DNA from: Dimorphilus gyrociliatus
Lineage: Eukaryota > Animalia > Annelida
Length of the DNA: 64,000 bases
NCBI GenBank assembly: GCA_904063045.1
Contig: CAJFCJ010000007.1
Coordinates: 2,053,404-2,117,403, forward strand
Reading direction: 5' to 3'
The translations under genes were made by a program, and so were the position numbers. The notes under the pieces were generated by a model, which saw only the letters and a program-made list of their open reading frames with translations, made no database searches and was not told the origin of the DNA. Positions 13,491 to 25,863 of the stretch are shown here, piece by piece (within the stretch, counting starts at the first letter, position 1; the number at the start of each line of letters is the position of its first letter).

Positions 13491-16400
13491 TTATTTCGAT
13501 TCAGACATTTTATTCATTAGGTGATGAATAAGGGCCGCTTGTTTGCTTAACACTGTGAAGGGCGATGATAACTTTTCTTTTTTTGTTATTTCGATATAAG
13601 GGGTTTCTTTTTTATGTTTCCATGTAATATCTTTATAGAGGAAGCTATGAAGTAATGTCTGAAATGGAAAAATCTTAATATTCTCCTGATACGTAGTTGA
13701 ACAACTTATGCTTTACCTTGTTCTGAAATTGTAAAATGTGTGTACCCACGTCATTGACACCAATTGTTACTTTTACTGGAAATTTTGATGACTAAACCAA
13801 GAAAAAAACCCCATAAATATAGAAAACATTAATAAAATATTCATACCCTTATGTTAAGAAATCCAGTGAAAAAAGCCGATCCATAAACAATTAAATTCCA
13901 GCAAAAGGTAAGGAAATGCATTTGAACGATAATTGGTGATCTATCTTTCCCATGCATACTTTTTGTATAGACTTTATATTGTTCTTGAATTCTTGCAACC
14001 CAATTGACATTCTTTTTAACAAGATTAATAGACGGAACAAGCGTCTGTAGATTTCTTTCACTTGAAAGAATAGAAAATTAGATAGCAAAATCACGAGATA
14101 GATACAATGAAGCATACTTTTGAAAAAATTGCTTAGAAGCCTTTGATTCGTATGGACCCTTTGCTAGATACAGATACAAACCTCCTAGTATAACAGAATC
14201 TTGCTCAGAGCAAGGATAAAATGAATTTATATAATTATAATAAGCCTCAGAGAAAATTAGTTCAGTGACTGTTTTATCCATATGCTGGAAATGATAAAAT
14301 AAATACAATTTCGTATATAATACATATAAAGAAATTATTAGGATCATGTATATATATATATTAACCTCTTCTAAGGTTTTCCGTTCATATTCTATTGACT
14401 TAACAACATCCTTTCTCCACCAGAGTTGTGGTTCTTCGTTAACTGGTTTCTAAAATCAACGCAAATGATGTGGTTAAAATCTTGTTTTATTATTGTTGTA
14501 CAAGTTTTTACCGAGTCGGTCAATATGGATACAATTCTTCTCTTCCAGTCGTTTAAATGTTGAATAGGTTTATGATCTTTTTTCAACTGCAACTCTATTA
14601 AATATATTCTTTTGTTATTGTTACAGTAGTTTCAACAAATTTTTAAATTCTTACGTAAACTGGGTGAACAAATCCAAACTGTAAATAAAGATCCACACTC
14701 TTCTGATATATTTAATTCGCGAATCATTTGTTTATTTAGGTCTTCTACAGTTGTATTGGAGCCAGAAGTCATTGGTAACATTCTAAATGTTCCATCGGTT
14801 AAGTTAATTTGGATTTTAGGTGCTGGTTTTTTCATAGCTTTCCTAAGAAGTTCTGCACACTTTTGAGCGGTTGGAAGGGGAGAATTGGAGCAAAGATCAA
14901 GAGCGGTTTTCTCTCGTTTATCCATTTTATACTGTATAAGAGAAATTCGGTTCAGAATTTTGATGCTTTAACCTAACTTAATGATACTCACAGCATCGAC
15001 TTCTGGATGATTTAGTAGCAATTCAATAATCATACTATGGCCATTTGATGCGGCATAATGCAATAAAGTTGACTCATTTTTAGTTGTTACATTTGGAGGG
15101 CACTTGCAATCATTTAATAAATAAGAAAAAGCCGCCATTTGTCCGTAGCTAATAATGATTGAAAAATACTTGTTACTTGTTAAACTCAATTTGACTGAGG
15201 TTAAGTAAACACAAACCAAGAAGCATAATGAATAGGTAAAAGTCCTTCGGAATCGTATTGCATAATAGAATATTCATTAGTGGCAATTAATGCTTTTAAA
15301 CCGCCGACATCTCCCTCAGCTGCATACTTGTGTAGAGGATATTGGATCAACCAATCCGAGTCAAGGCTTCTGTGAAAGTATCAAGAGGGTTATTAAATTC
15401 TTGTAAATCAATTAAGTATTTTACCTAGGGGCTGAACTTAGTAGTAGTGATTTTGGACCATTTGATCTGTCCTTGAGCCAATGTTCGTTAATAACCACCA
15501 TATTTGGTTTTGGAACAAAATTAGAACGCTGGGAAAAAAGTAAGTTTTCAACAACAATATCGCTTTTATCTTTTTCTGCTAGTTTATAGACTTCTGTGTC
15601 AGTATTGGGATAATAAGAGTCAATGACTTTGCTTTTTCCCAGCTTAGTAAAGAAGAGTTGCAAATATCCCTCGATTTTATGCTTTTCTCCAAGCCAGCTA
15701 AAAAAATAGAATGTAATTATCCAAAAAAAGAATAGATGCAATGTTTTTTCCGTACGGTAATAATTAGAAGTATACGATAAATTTATGATTTAGCATTTAT
15801 ATGTGATAAGATATGGAACAAAATGACTACTTTATTTATCTTACTCATAAGAAACTTGTTCTCCTAAGATAAGTATGGTACACATTGCATAGTCAAAGCA
15901 ACAAACTCCCTAGAACAGTTTGTTATTGCAATAAAACCTCAAGTAACCGAAAAAAAACATCTCTTTTTTACTGTTTCATTCTATAGCTTTACTTGTAAAA
16001 CGAGATGAAGATATTATAGTAAAAAGCCCTTGTAATTGATTAAGTTACTACCGTATCTCAAAGTGAAAAACAATTTTAAAAAAATTCAATTAAGGAAGGA
16101 AACATAAAAACTTAGGATAAATAAAGCTGACAAAGTACATATTATTTATAAAGGTTTTTTTATCAACGTTCTTCACAATGATAGATGGAGAAAAAGGATT
16201 TTTTACTGTATTTATATGTACTAAATGAAAGATAGGATACTATTATTGCTCTTTCCATCGATTATCATAAAAAGTTTAACTTGACTGAAAGATTACTTGT
16301 TTCTTTTGTACCTTTTCTATTTGTTAAAAAGATTGATTTACGTACTTTGATATGGCTCTTAAACAGGCTACTGTATCCTCATTTTCGATTTCCGATCTCA

Positions 16401-16835
16401 TGTCGGAAAGTCTATAAAATATTGTATCACGTGTGGTATCTTCATTCAATTTTTCATTGGCATTATAAGGTATAATGAACAAAATTTTTGATTCGTTTAG
16501 TTTAACTCTCACTGCTCTCGATTCTATAAAAGTTATTGAAAACGTTAAGAGACAGAAAAAACAATCCTTTGCTTACTTCGTTCATGATTATGGTTTTCTT
16601 GATATACATGCTTTAAAACAGCATCAGTTAAGTCTTCTCGGGCATTATTTTCTAACAATGGACAACAACGTAACTTCTCTAATCTAAAGCTTAGTAAATA
16701 CATACCAAAGGCTAATAGTTCCTTTGCGATTCTTCTTCGAACTCGCATCAAAATATCGTAAAACTGGGGTTGAAATTCTTTATTCTCAAAGACAATAGTC
16801 GAATAAACTTTCAAAACTGCTATATATACTTTCAT
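13491..16835 (-). CDS. KRIT1: KRIT1/CCM1 (Nudix-like N-terminus, ankyrin repeats, FERM domain)
   Basis: VYIAVLK...FYDILM and LFIIP...IFYRLSD (N-terminus), YPLHKYAAEGD/LLHYAASNGH (ankyrin), FTVWICSPSL-QLKKDHKPIQHL and YGSAFFTG (FERM), ending KQAALIHHLM. About 11 exons splice in frame. Confidence 0.88.
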
Positions 16836-17419
16836 TTTGATTTTAGAATATTTTTGGGCTGGGCCATTGAGCGATTTTCAGATAAGTAAACGTTTATATT
16901 ACTCTAAGTCTCTTTTTATCCATTGTTCCAGACTGAAACGACTTAAATTCTTATTTTGTAAAATTCTTAGACAACACAGGCCATTTTAGGCTTAGTATAC
17001 TATTCATGTACGGAGAAATAGGTAGTTCTAAGATGCTATGATATTTTTTAGCTGATTACAAATATCCTTCCAATTTTTGCGTAGTCCATTAACTTCACAC
17101 AATCGCTATTAAATAGCTATTCTCATTTCTTCTTCAAATACCCCCCTTAAGCTGGATTGATGTTTTAAATATCGTTTTTAAGTACTATGGAGCTTTCGCG
17201 ATATGATCTAGATCGTCAATAAATTCACCAGTTCGTTTTTTAAAAAGGAAATTTGAACACCTATTTTGTATTAATATTCTCTTTTTAACATGACACAACA
17301 TTATAAACGTTAACTTATGGTATAGTTTTTGAAGACCATACTGCTAAATTTGTACAGTAATAGTGACATTAGAAGAGCAGCTAGAAGCACAGAACAACTC
17401 TTCACAAATGCTCCTTATT

Positions 17420-17807
17420 TTAAACTGTTGGGTTTTCAATATATTCTTGGGTAGGTCGTTTAACAACGTAGATCTTGTAATTAGAAATTGTTATTACATA
17501 AGAAACATCACACCAGACAACTGTAAAAATTTAATAGAAGCTTAACTTATATATATTCTAATTAGGAAATACTTACTGCAAAGACGTTTAAAAGTTTTAT
17601 CTGCCGTTGATAATGCGATTTTTACTATATCCATAAAGATATTGGCTGAATTTTCATCATTTTCAAGCTCACCACTCGACTAAGAGATAAAAGATTATTA
17701 TATAGTTAAAAGTCAAAATTGTAAGAGCTAACGTGTTGAACAGCACCATCTTCATCTATCACCAAGTGGCCTAACGAATTCTTTACTCCCTCAAGTCCCT
17801 GAACCAT
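17420..17807 (-). CDS. LAMTOR4: Ragulator subunit LAMTOR4 (absent from the supplied ORF track)
   Basis: Three exons give MVQGLEGVKNSLGHLVIDEDGAVQH-SSGELENDENSANIFMDIV...FKRLCIVW...ITISNYKIYVVKR...*, matching QGLE/SSGDLENDE/FKRL/VVKR of LAMTOR4. Confidence 0.9.
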
Positions 17808-17881
17808 AACTTCTGAAAAGATTCAAAATCACCAAATATATTGTAGTATAATCAACAAACTTTTCGTCTGCTAAGGATATC

Positions 17882-17891
17882 GTCATGTGAC
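17882..17891. promoter_or_regulatory. M-box/CLEAR-like element GTCATGTGAC in the LAMTOR4/NUP88 divergent promoter
   Basis: MiT/TFE-type extended E-box about 75 bp upstream of the ATG of a lysosomal Ragulator gene, with a TATAAA (minus strand) adjacent at 17895-17900. Confidence 0.4.
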
Positions 17892-18007
17892 TGGTTTATA
17901 ATCTGTGAAAGCTTCTAGTTTGTTTCTCAAAATAATCTCTCTATATAAAGAGGAGCTTTAACCTGTCTAATTTATCACCGGTGGCTGTTAGGTAACCGGT
18001 CTGTAAA

Positions 18008-20172
18008 ATGGCATCAGGCGGGAGTCTACGGAGAGAGAATGTTTACAAGCATCCACTATTTGTTAATCTCTTGAAGAACCCTATAAAACAAGATCGACGC
18101 AATAAACATCAGAATTTACTCTTTATAAGTTCTGACAAAATTTATGCATGGTTTGAACATAATAAATCTGTTTTAGTGAGCGATATTACGGAAATTGTTG
18201 CCGAAAAGCCCAAAAAAGTAGAAGAAGTAAAATTTCAAGAGCCTCCTGAACATCTAGTCGATACTATACTGGTGGATTATTCTGGAAAATACGCTGCTCT
18301 AATAGGAGAACAGAATTTGACAATAGGTGAACTTGACTCTTCTTCCCCAAGTAGGACTTTTGAGGTTCCTTTGGGTGTAGATGAGGATATTGTCGATTGC
18401 AAGTGGCACCCTGATTACGACTTTCTTTTGGTAAATATCATATTGTATATCAATTTTTCTGGTCATAATTTTTAATGTCAATAGTTTCTCTCAACAGCAT
18501 CTTAACTATTTATATACTTTATTAATTCAGTATAAATTCTAAAAATAAAATAAATACATGTTGCAGGTGCTACTTACGACTGATAATTGTATCCGTTTCT
18601 TCGATGTTCATAAGCATGTCTTTGTAAGGGATTATTATCTACCCCCGAAATCCAATGAATTTCCTAAATCGCCCAAATCGCCAAACGTCTCTCAGCTCTT
18701 GGGCAACTGTGGTGTTCATTTTACGTTCTCTTCCGGAGCAGACGATCTTACAACTATATATGTAATATATGGAAACGCAGATGTCTACAGTATCAAAACC
18801 TCAATGAAACAACAGGCAGCAGACCCTGTTAAAGGCCCTCTTATAATTCTTCCCAGAATTGAAGACGAGGTATATAAAAGTATTTTTCTTAAAAATACAG
18901 AAAATTCTATAATCCATTATGTTATCTTAGGTTTTTGAAGAAGATGCAGTTGGGATACAGCTTATAAGCTCTAATCCGGATGTTCTTGCTTTGATAATGT
19001 CCAATGGTTACGTGTTACATTGTGTAGTTCTTCAAGCAGAAGAAGACGAAGAATTGATTGCAATTGAAACAGTTCGTTTAAAGGATGTAATTATAGATTC
19101 ATCTCAGTCGTTAAATATTATTAGTGTTTCGATAAGTAACAATTCCTACATTATACGACATAACGATGGAATCTATCAGCTTACTGTTCCTTGGAATTTT
19201 AGCTTGAAAGACGAAAGCTTCCAAAATCTTCCAGAAGAGCCTACTATTGCAAAAGCTTTAATAAACACAAATATCGGGAAGGAGAAACAATATTTATATT
19301 CTTGTTCATTCGCTAGGCATCCGATATTTGGTGTTCATTTATTTTGTTTGGATTCAAATTTCCAATTATTTATTGTTACTCTCTTGGAGAAAAAAAGTAG
19401 AAAAAGTTTTGTAGCTGAAAAGGCAAAAAATCAGCTGAAAATTGAAAAAACGTTTGAAGAACATTTAAGAGAGGTTTTAAAGAGAAAGGAAAACGTACCC
19501 TTATTTTTATCATCAGAAAAAGATTTAGACTTAGAGAAAAAGTTAGAACTTGGTGCGAAAGCTTTGAAAATATTTGAAAATGAATATTATAAAAAACAAA
19601 AACTTGCTATTTTGGAAATTGCAGACAAAGTTAAAGAAATTCAATCTAGATTTCGGCAAATGGAAGAAATTATGGAAAAGCTCGTTAAAGACACTGTAAG
19701 AATTAAAGAATTTGACGCAAATATCAGCGAGAAAATCGATTTAGTTAACAAGAAACATTTAGAATTGAACGACAGAATATTAAGTATGTCTACTTCCTTA
19801 CAGGTAAGAGCTATTATAACTGTTTTTAGATGAATTATCTTGAATAAATGCTAATCATTTCTTTTTTCATAGAGAATTGTCGAAATTCCAAGTAAAGCAG
19901 AGCAGAAATTACAAAATGATTTACAAACGCTGCAAATTCGTTTAGGACAGTATCGTGTGAAAATGGATGGTCTGAAAGAAAAATTAAAGATAAACCCAAT
20001 GTCGACAAAAATGACCAAAGTACAGACAAAACCAAAATCTGTAGGCTTATCTCCAAAACAGAAAAAGAACATTCAAAGCGCCCTACTTGAAGATACTGAT
20101 GAAATAGCCAAAATGGTTTGTTTGATTAAAAAGTTAGACATCGAAAGTATTGAAAATAAAGCATCAGTCTAA
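18008..20172 (+). CDS. NUP88: Nucleoporin Nup88
   Basis: Beta-propeller motifs (IVDCKWHP, VLLTTDNCIRFFD, GPLIILP, GYVLHCVVLQAEED) followed by a long C-terminal coiled coil. Four exons in frame. Confidence 0.8.
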
Positions 20173-20940
20173 AGAATTTTTAGAAAAAAAATACTTGATA
20201 AATTTATATGTAAACAAAACACTAAAAGCTTAAAGCGTGGCTTTGAGAGAAGCTGTTAAAATACCTGAAATATCGTAAGTGCGATTGTCTGTTTTATGAT
20301 ATATTTGTATTATTGGTTTATATTTTAAGGAGCACATTCATTTTTGTATATATATTTGCTATATGAAAATAAAAGTAACCTAATAGAATCAATATCTTAT
20401 TATTATAAAGAAAAAAGAAAGTATTTGATTCATGTTATCAATCTAAGATATTTCCCATTCGGTAATTTCTATCTTTACTCCACTTCTAGGCTCAAAGTAG
20501 AAAGACTTTATGCAGATCAAAACCTATTCATATGGTTGGATTGAAGAACAGTAACTAATGGGTTTACGTATTTTTATTTTGAACAACACTACCAAGCTGT
20601 TTCATAAATTTGTACCCAGCGATAAGAACTCTTCAAACCCTCCTAATCCCAGTCGAATCTCATCTGCTTTACGGCTTTGATTCCGAATATATGATATATA
20701 TTCTTTATCATGTTTTGTTACTTTATTCAACTTATTCAGTTGTTTATTCAAATAAACTTATAGAATGTTAACTTTGTTTATAGCGAATCTTGTAAATTCT
20801 GAAGATATTCTAGTAGTCGATCATTTCGCGCTGTATCGTTAACACTATCCTTAATCCTATACAAACAAGTACCGCCATCTGCTGTCGAATAAGTGATTTG
20901 AGTCGAATGCGGTCTTACTATTGTGGGAGTAACAATCAAA

Positions 20941-23900
20941 ATGGCGATGTTCGGATATAAAAATATTTTATTACTAGGTTTCTTTATACCGATCCAATGT
21001 GATTCTTCCCTAGACGCGAATGCTGAAAATGAAGAAACGAAAAGAATTCAAACTGGCCATAAACTAGATAGTTTGAATTTGCTTATGTTTATTTTTCTGT
21101 TGATATTAACTGTTATAACTATATGGGTATTTAAACATAGAAGATTTAGATTCATCCACGAAACAGGACTTGCCATCGTCTATGGTTAGTAAGCTCTAAA
21201 TCTATAGATACACAGCAAAATAATGCATTATAATTTATTACGAATAGGCGAACTTGTGATTAATAGTCATCAAAAAAAAAAATTTGTGAAAAAAACTTTA
21301 CAAAATTACATTATTGCATAATTTAAACAATTTTGTTTATATATTATATCTATGTAATTGTTGAATGATAATATAATCTGTAATAGGTTTAATTGTTGGA
21401 GCTATTATTCGTTATTCATCAAAAAATACTGAAAAGAAATGGGCAGACGTTTCGTTTATTCACCAAAACCAAAGTGACCACTACGGACCAGCAAATCACC
21501 CCGATTATCTCAAACTTAATGTAAAATCTTATTGAATCGATGATTGATAAAAGATATTTTATTAAATATGCTTCTTTTTCTTTTAAAAAGTTGTCAAAAG
21601 GAGGAGATGAGAAGCTTTTTACATACAAATTCGATCGAATACATACTAGAGGATTCGAACAAAAGGTAAATTATTAATTATTGATAGAAGTGCATTTTCA
21701 GTTAGAATAGAAAACATTACAAAGTCTTTTTATTTATTTATTTTATCTTCTTTTCAATGTCGTATAGTAAAAAATATTCTTTTTAATAAATGCACGTTTT
21801 TAACATTATATTATTTTTAATAAATTTTTTTTCAATTTTTAGGGTTGTTCAGTATGTCAAAAGGTATATAAAACACATTGCAAAAAGCTCTATAATTGAT
21901 TTTCAAAAGGGTTTATACTTTTAAAATTATTACAATTATTAATCTTTTCTTTAATATTTTGCCAAGTTTTATTATTCTTTCTATTAACTGGTAGCTATGT
22001 GATTTATTTTACTGTTTTCTATAATCCTTTCTTTCAACATACTCAAAAAACATGTACTCTTTAATTACATTATAATTGAATACTTTATATTTATTATATG
22101 AATATAATGGGCTTATAATGTTTTGAGTTTGCTCGCACCCTTGACTTTTCTATCTTTCTCTTTGTTTTCCGTTATACCAAGAAAACAAATAGGAAAAAGC
22201 GTCTAATTTTATAATTAATTAACTTAAAGAACATATAAATATATATATATATATAAATGTATATTCTATAGCTAACTAATTAATGAAGAATTTCATGCAA
22301 TAGAATTATTTAACTAATAACAATTTTTATTCTCATTACTAATTGATTGAAATATAATTAAAAAAAATGAATGTGTTTTTCTTATTTTATATTTGTTTGC
22401 AGTATTTGAGTAACATTCCTTGTTGATGCTATAAAATTCATTGAATTTTAAATATATATCACTAACATACACTGAGTATTTTATATAACTAATGTGTTAT
22501 ATATTCTTATTTATAAACAGGCAACTTTCGATCCTGAAGTATTTTTCAATGTTATGCTACCTCCAATTATCTTTTATGCTGGTTATTCAATGAAGAGGGT
22601 AATAAAATATTACCATTAATATACAATATGCAACATGCTTAAAGAAACTATTTTTACTTTTGCTATATTTAGAAACACTTCTTTAAAAATTTTGGTGCAA
22701 TTACAACGTTTGCTTTTATGGGTACCATTATTTCTTGCTTCGCTGTTGGGTAATTATAATATATATATATATATATAACCTGAATATTATACTAATCGTA
22801 TTTCATAGTTCTATACTGTTTGGATTAACAAGGGTTTTTATGCCTAATGATATGAGTTTGAATAATTGTCTATTTTTTGGAGCTGTAATTTCCGCAACAG
22901 ATCCAGGTTAGATGATAAATGCTTAAATCTTTTTTCCTTTTCCACATTATATATTAAAATATTCTTCTCATTCCTCCGATATCAGTGACTGTCCTGGCTA
23001 TATTTAATGACTTAAACGTTGATGTCGATCTTTATGCATTGGTATTTGGTGAAAGTGTGTTGAACGATGCCGTAGCTATTGTGCTATCAGGGTAAAAAAA
23101 TTTGCCTTTACAATTATTTTACGCCGACTATAAATGATATTTTTTTAACGATTTCTTCCAGAACTATTAACAAATATAATAGTACAAAAGAAGGATTTGA
23201 TTTTATGGCTGTTTTAAAGTCATTGGGTGATTTCTTAAAGGTATTTCTTGGTGCTTTTGCAATTGGTAGTTTAATAGGATGCGCAACAGCTTTGGTAAGA
23301 TTATTTTATCAGCAAAACTTTTACCTTTAAAAGTAATTCTTTTATTTCATTTTTTATAGGTGACGAAATTTACAAAAATCAGTCAATATCCGTTACTTGA
23401 AACCTCTTTATTCTTTCTCATGTCGTATAGTTCCTTCTTAGCGGCTGAAGCCGCAGATATGACAGGCATAGTTGCTGTATTATTTTGTGGAATATGCCAA
23501 GCACATTATACTTATAATAATTTATCAAAAGAATCCAAGAGTAGAACAAAAGAGGTAAACAAATACCTTTATAAATTTTTTAAAAACTATATTAAATTTA
23601 TTTTTACATTTTTAGTTATTCGACTTATTAAATTTTCTTATGGAAAATTTTGTCTTCTTATATATTGGCGTATCCATCTTTACTTTTCAAGATCACAAAT
23701 GGGATGCGAGATATATTCTCGCCTCTGTTGTTCGTAAATTAATTACTCTGTTTCTTTATTTCTAAAAGTTAATAAATAAAATGTATATTCTTTTTACAGG
23801 CAGCTATCGTAATAGGAAGAGCGTTAAATGTTTATCCACTATCTTTTTTGTTGAATTTAGGAAGAACGAATAAAATAAAGTATAACTTTCAACATATGAT

Positions 23901-25863
23901 GATGTTTTCAGGTATTTTAAAGAAATTTGTGTTATATGACAAAATGTTTTTACATGAACTTTTTATATAGGTCTAAGAGGAGCAATTGCTTTTGCTTTAG
24001 CAATTAGAAATACCTCTGATGATGCTAGAAAAGTTATGTTTTCTACAACTTTGGTTATTGTAATAGCTACTGTTATTTCTTGTGGTGGTTTAACAACACA
24101 GATGCTACTGTGGCTGAAAATACGGTAAAAATTAGCCTACATGTATATATATATGCAATATAATGACTTTCTTAAACAGAGTTGGTATGGAAGAAGATAC
24201 TGAATTGCAAAATTTCGATTCCACAAGATCGGTATGTATTAACCGGCTTTTTAATTGAAAATTACACAATTTCTTTTATCTTCTGTTCCTTATTTGCGTT
24301 TTATTATTAGCGTTTATTTCGTTTTGTTGAAAAAAATAAGATTGAAAATTTTTGTTATTTTTTTTATAAAATTATAATTTAAAAATTCGCCTTTGTTCTG
24401 GCGACGGGGCTCTACAGCACCGATACAGGGCAATAGAGGAGCGTGAAGAAGGAAAATTTTTTACAAGTCAGGTTAGACTAGGATATTAGTTGTCTACTAA
24501 TTTTTTTAAATACTTGCCATAAAATATGTGTTTTTCCAATACCCTCGTAAATAGAAATACAGTACAACTTAGTTAAACATATACTGTATATATCAATATA
24601 TTCAAAATTTTTATTTTCAATACCTAAGTTTTATTAAAACAATGATTCACGAATACCTTTCATATAGCAACAATTATATATACAGTATATTTATATTTAT
24701 TATTCATATATTTATAATTTTACACATAATACTTATATTCCTTAGAGATTTAAAAAAACATTTCTGTAGTCTTTGCATGTTTTGTATAATCGTTGTATAT
24801 GTTTTAAGAGCAGATAAACAGTTTAATGATTGCTGTGAACAGTAGCTTATGTGTTTTGATAGTATATTTTAATCATATTTTATTTTATAAAATCATATTT
24901 AGCTGATAAAATTCTTCAATAAGAATTTGAAGCGTAGAAATGATTGTGTATATGCAATACACATTGATATATACTGTATATACAGTGCATCCTAATAAAT
25001 AGATAAATTCTGTTTCTTTTTATTCACTTAATAGATGGCGTTATTAGATTGATATTGTAAAATCGTCAATTTGAATTAGGGAAAGCAATTTTTACATCGA
25101 TTAATAAATATTTATTCTTTAAATAACTGAATTGATGCCCTAAAACTAAATTATATATTTTTGTTGTTTTATACTTGATTTATGAATGTTCTTTTATCTT
25201 TTTCACAGCTATTTTATATCTTATTTATTTGATGTTTTCTTTCAGACACCGCCAAGTGAAGCTCCACAAAACACTGAAGCTTCATTAAGTCCACCAAGGC
25301 TTCAAGAAAAAGCAAAATTAGTAAGGGGGTGGTATCGTATAGATGCTAAAGTTATAAAGCCGTTTCTTACTCACGCAACACCACCGCTTACTGAAACTTT
25401 ACCTAAATGTTGCCTTCCGATAGCAAAATTCCTGACATCCGAAATACAAATTGCTCATTTTGTGAGTATCTTCTTTTGGAAATTTGTATACATTATCATT
25501 CATTTAATATTTAATAACAGGAGAATCGAACAAGATTCTACGATTCGGATACAGATTTAATTTTGGACGATGCAGATATAACAGTAACTGATGTAGCACA
25601 GCTACCGGCAGTTGATACAATAACAAGACCAGCAACTCTGGATATCGCTAGACCCACCGATCAAACAATACCTAATGTAAGTATTAAACTAGAAAGAAAT
25701 AAAAACAAACAAAATAACAAAACAAAACAAAAAACCAATTTATATCTTTATTTTTTGATTGTGGCTTATGCAAAAATTGTACATCGCGAGATAGATTATT
25801 CGATACGAATCTGAAGACAATGAAACGGCGGTGCCGCTGTTAAAGGACCACTCGAACGTTTAA
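20941..25863 (+). CDS. Endosomal Na+(K+)/H+ exchanger, SLC9A6/7/9 (Nhe3) class; alternative last exon may extend to 27371
   Basis: Signal peptide, [62 protein letters not shown] and tail [26 protein letters not shown]. Confidence 0.92.

Noticed and set aside
17873-17880. ATATCCTT (U12 AT-AC donor consensus) upstream of LAMTOR4; also at 4986 and near 9060
   Set aside because: No matching AC acceptor or U12 branch point, and no frame-consistent splice. A normal GTTTGT...CAG 5' UTR intron explains the LAMTOR4 region.
20200-20900. Moderately GC-rich stretch between NUP88 and NHE with 30-60 codon frames on both strands
   Set aside because: No splice-consistent model or recognisable domain; more likely UTR and promoter sequence.
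25831-25848. ETAVPLL as an acidic dileucine sorting signal in the NHE tail
   Set aside because: Spacing is E-x4-LL rather than the [DE]xxxL[LI] consensus.
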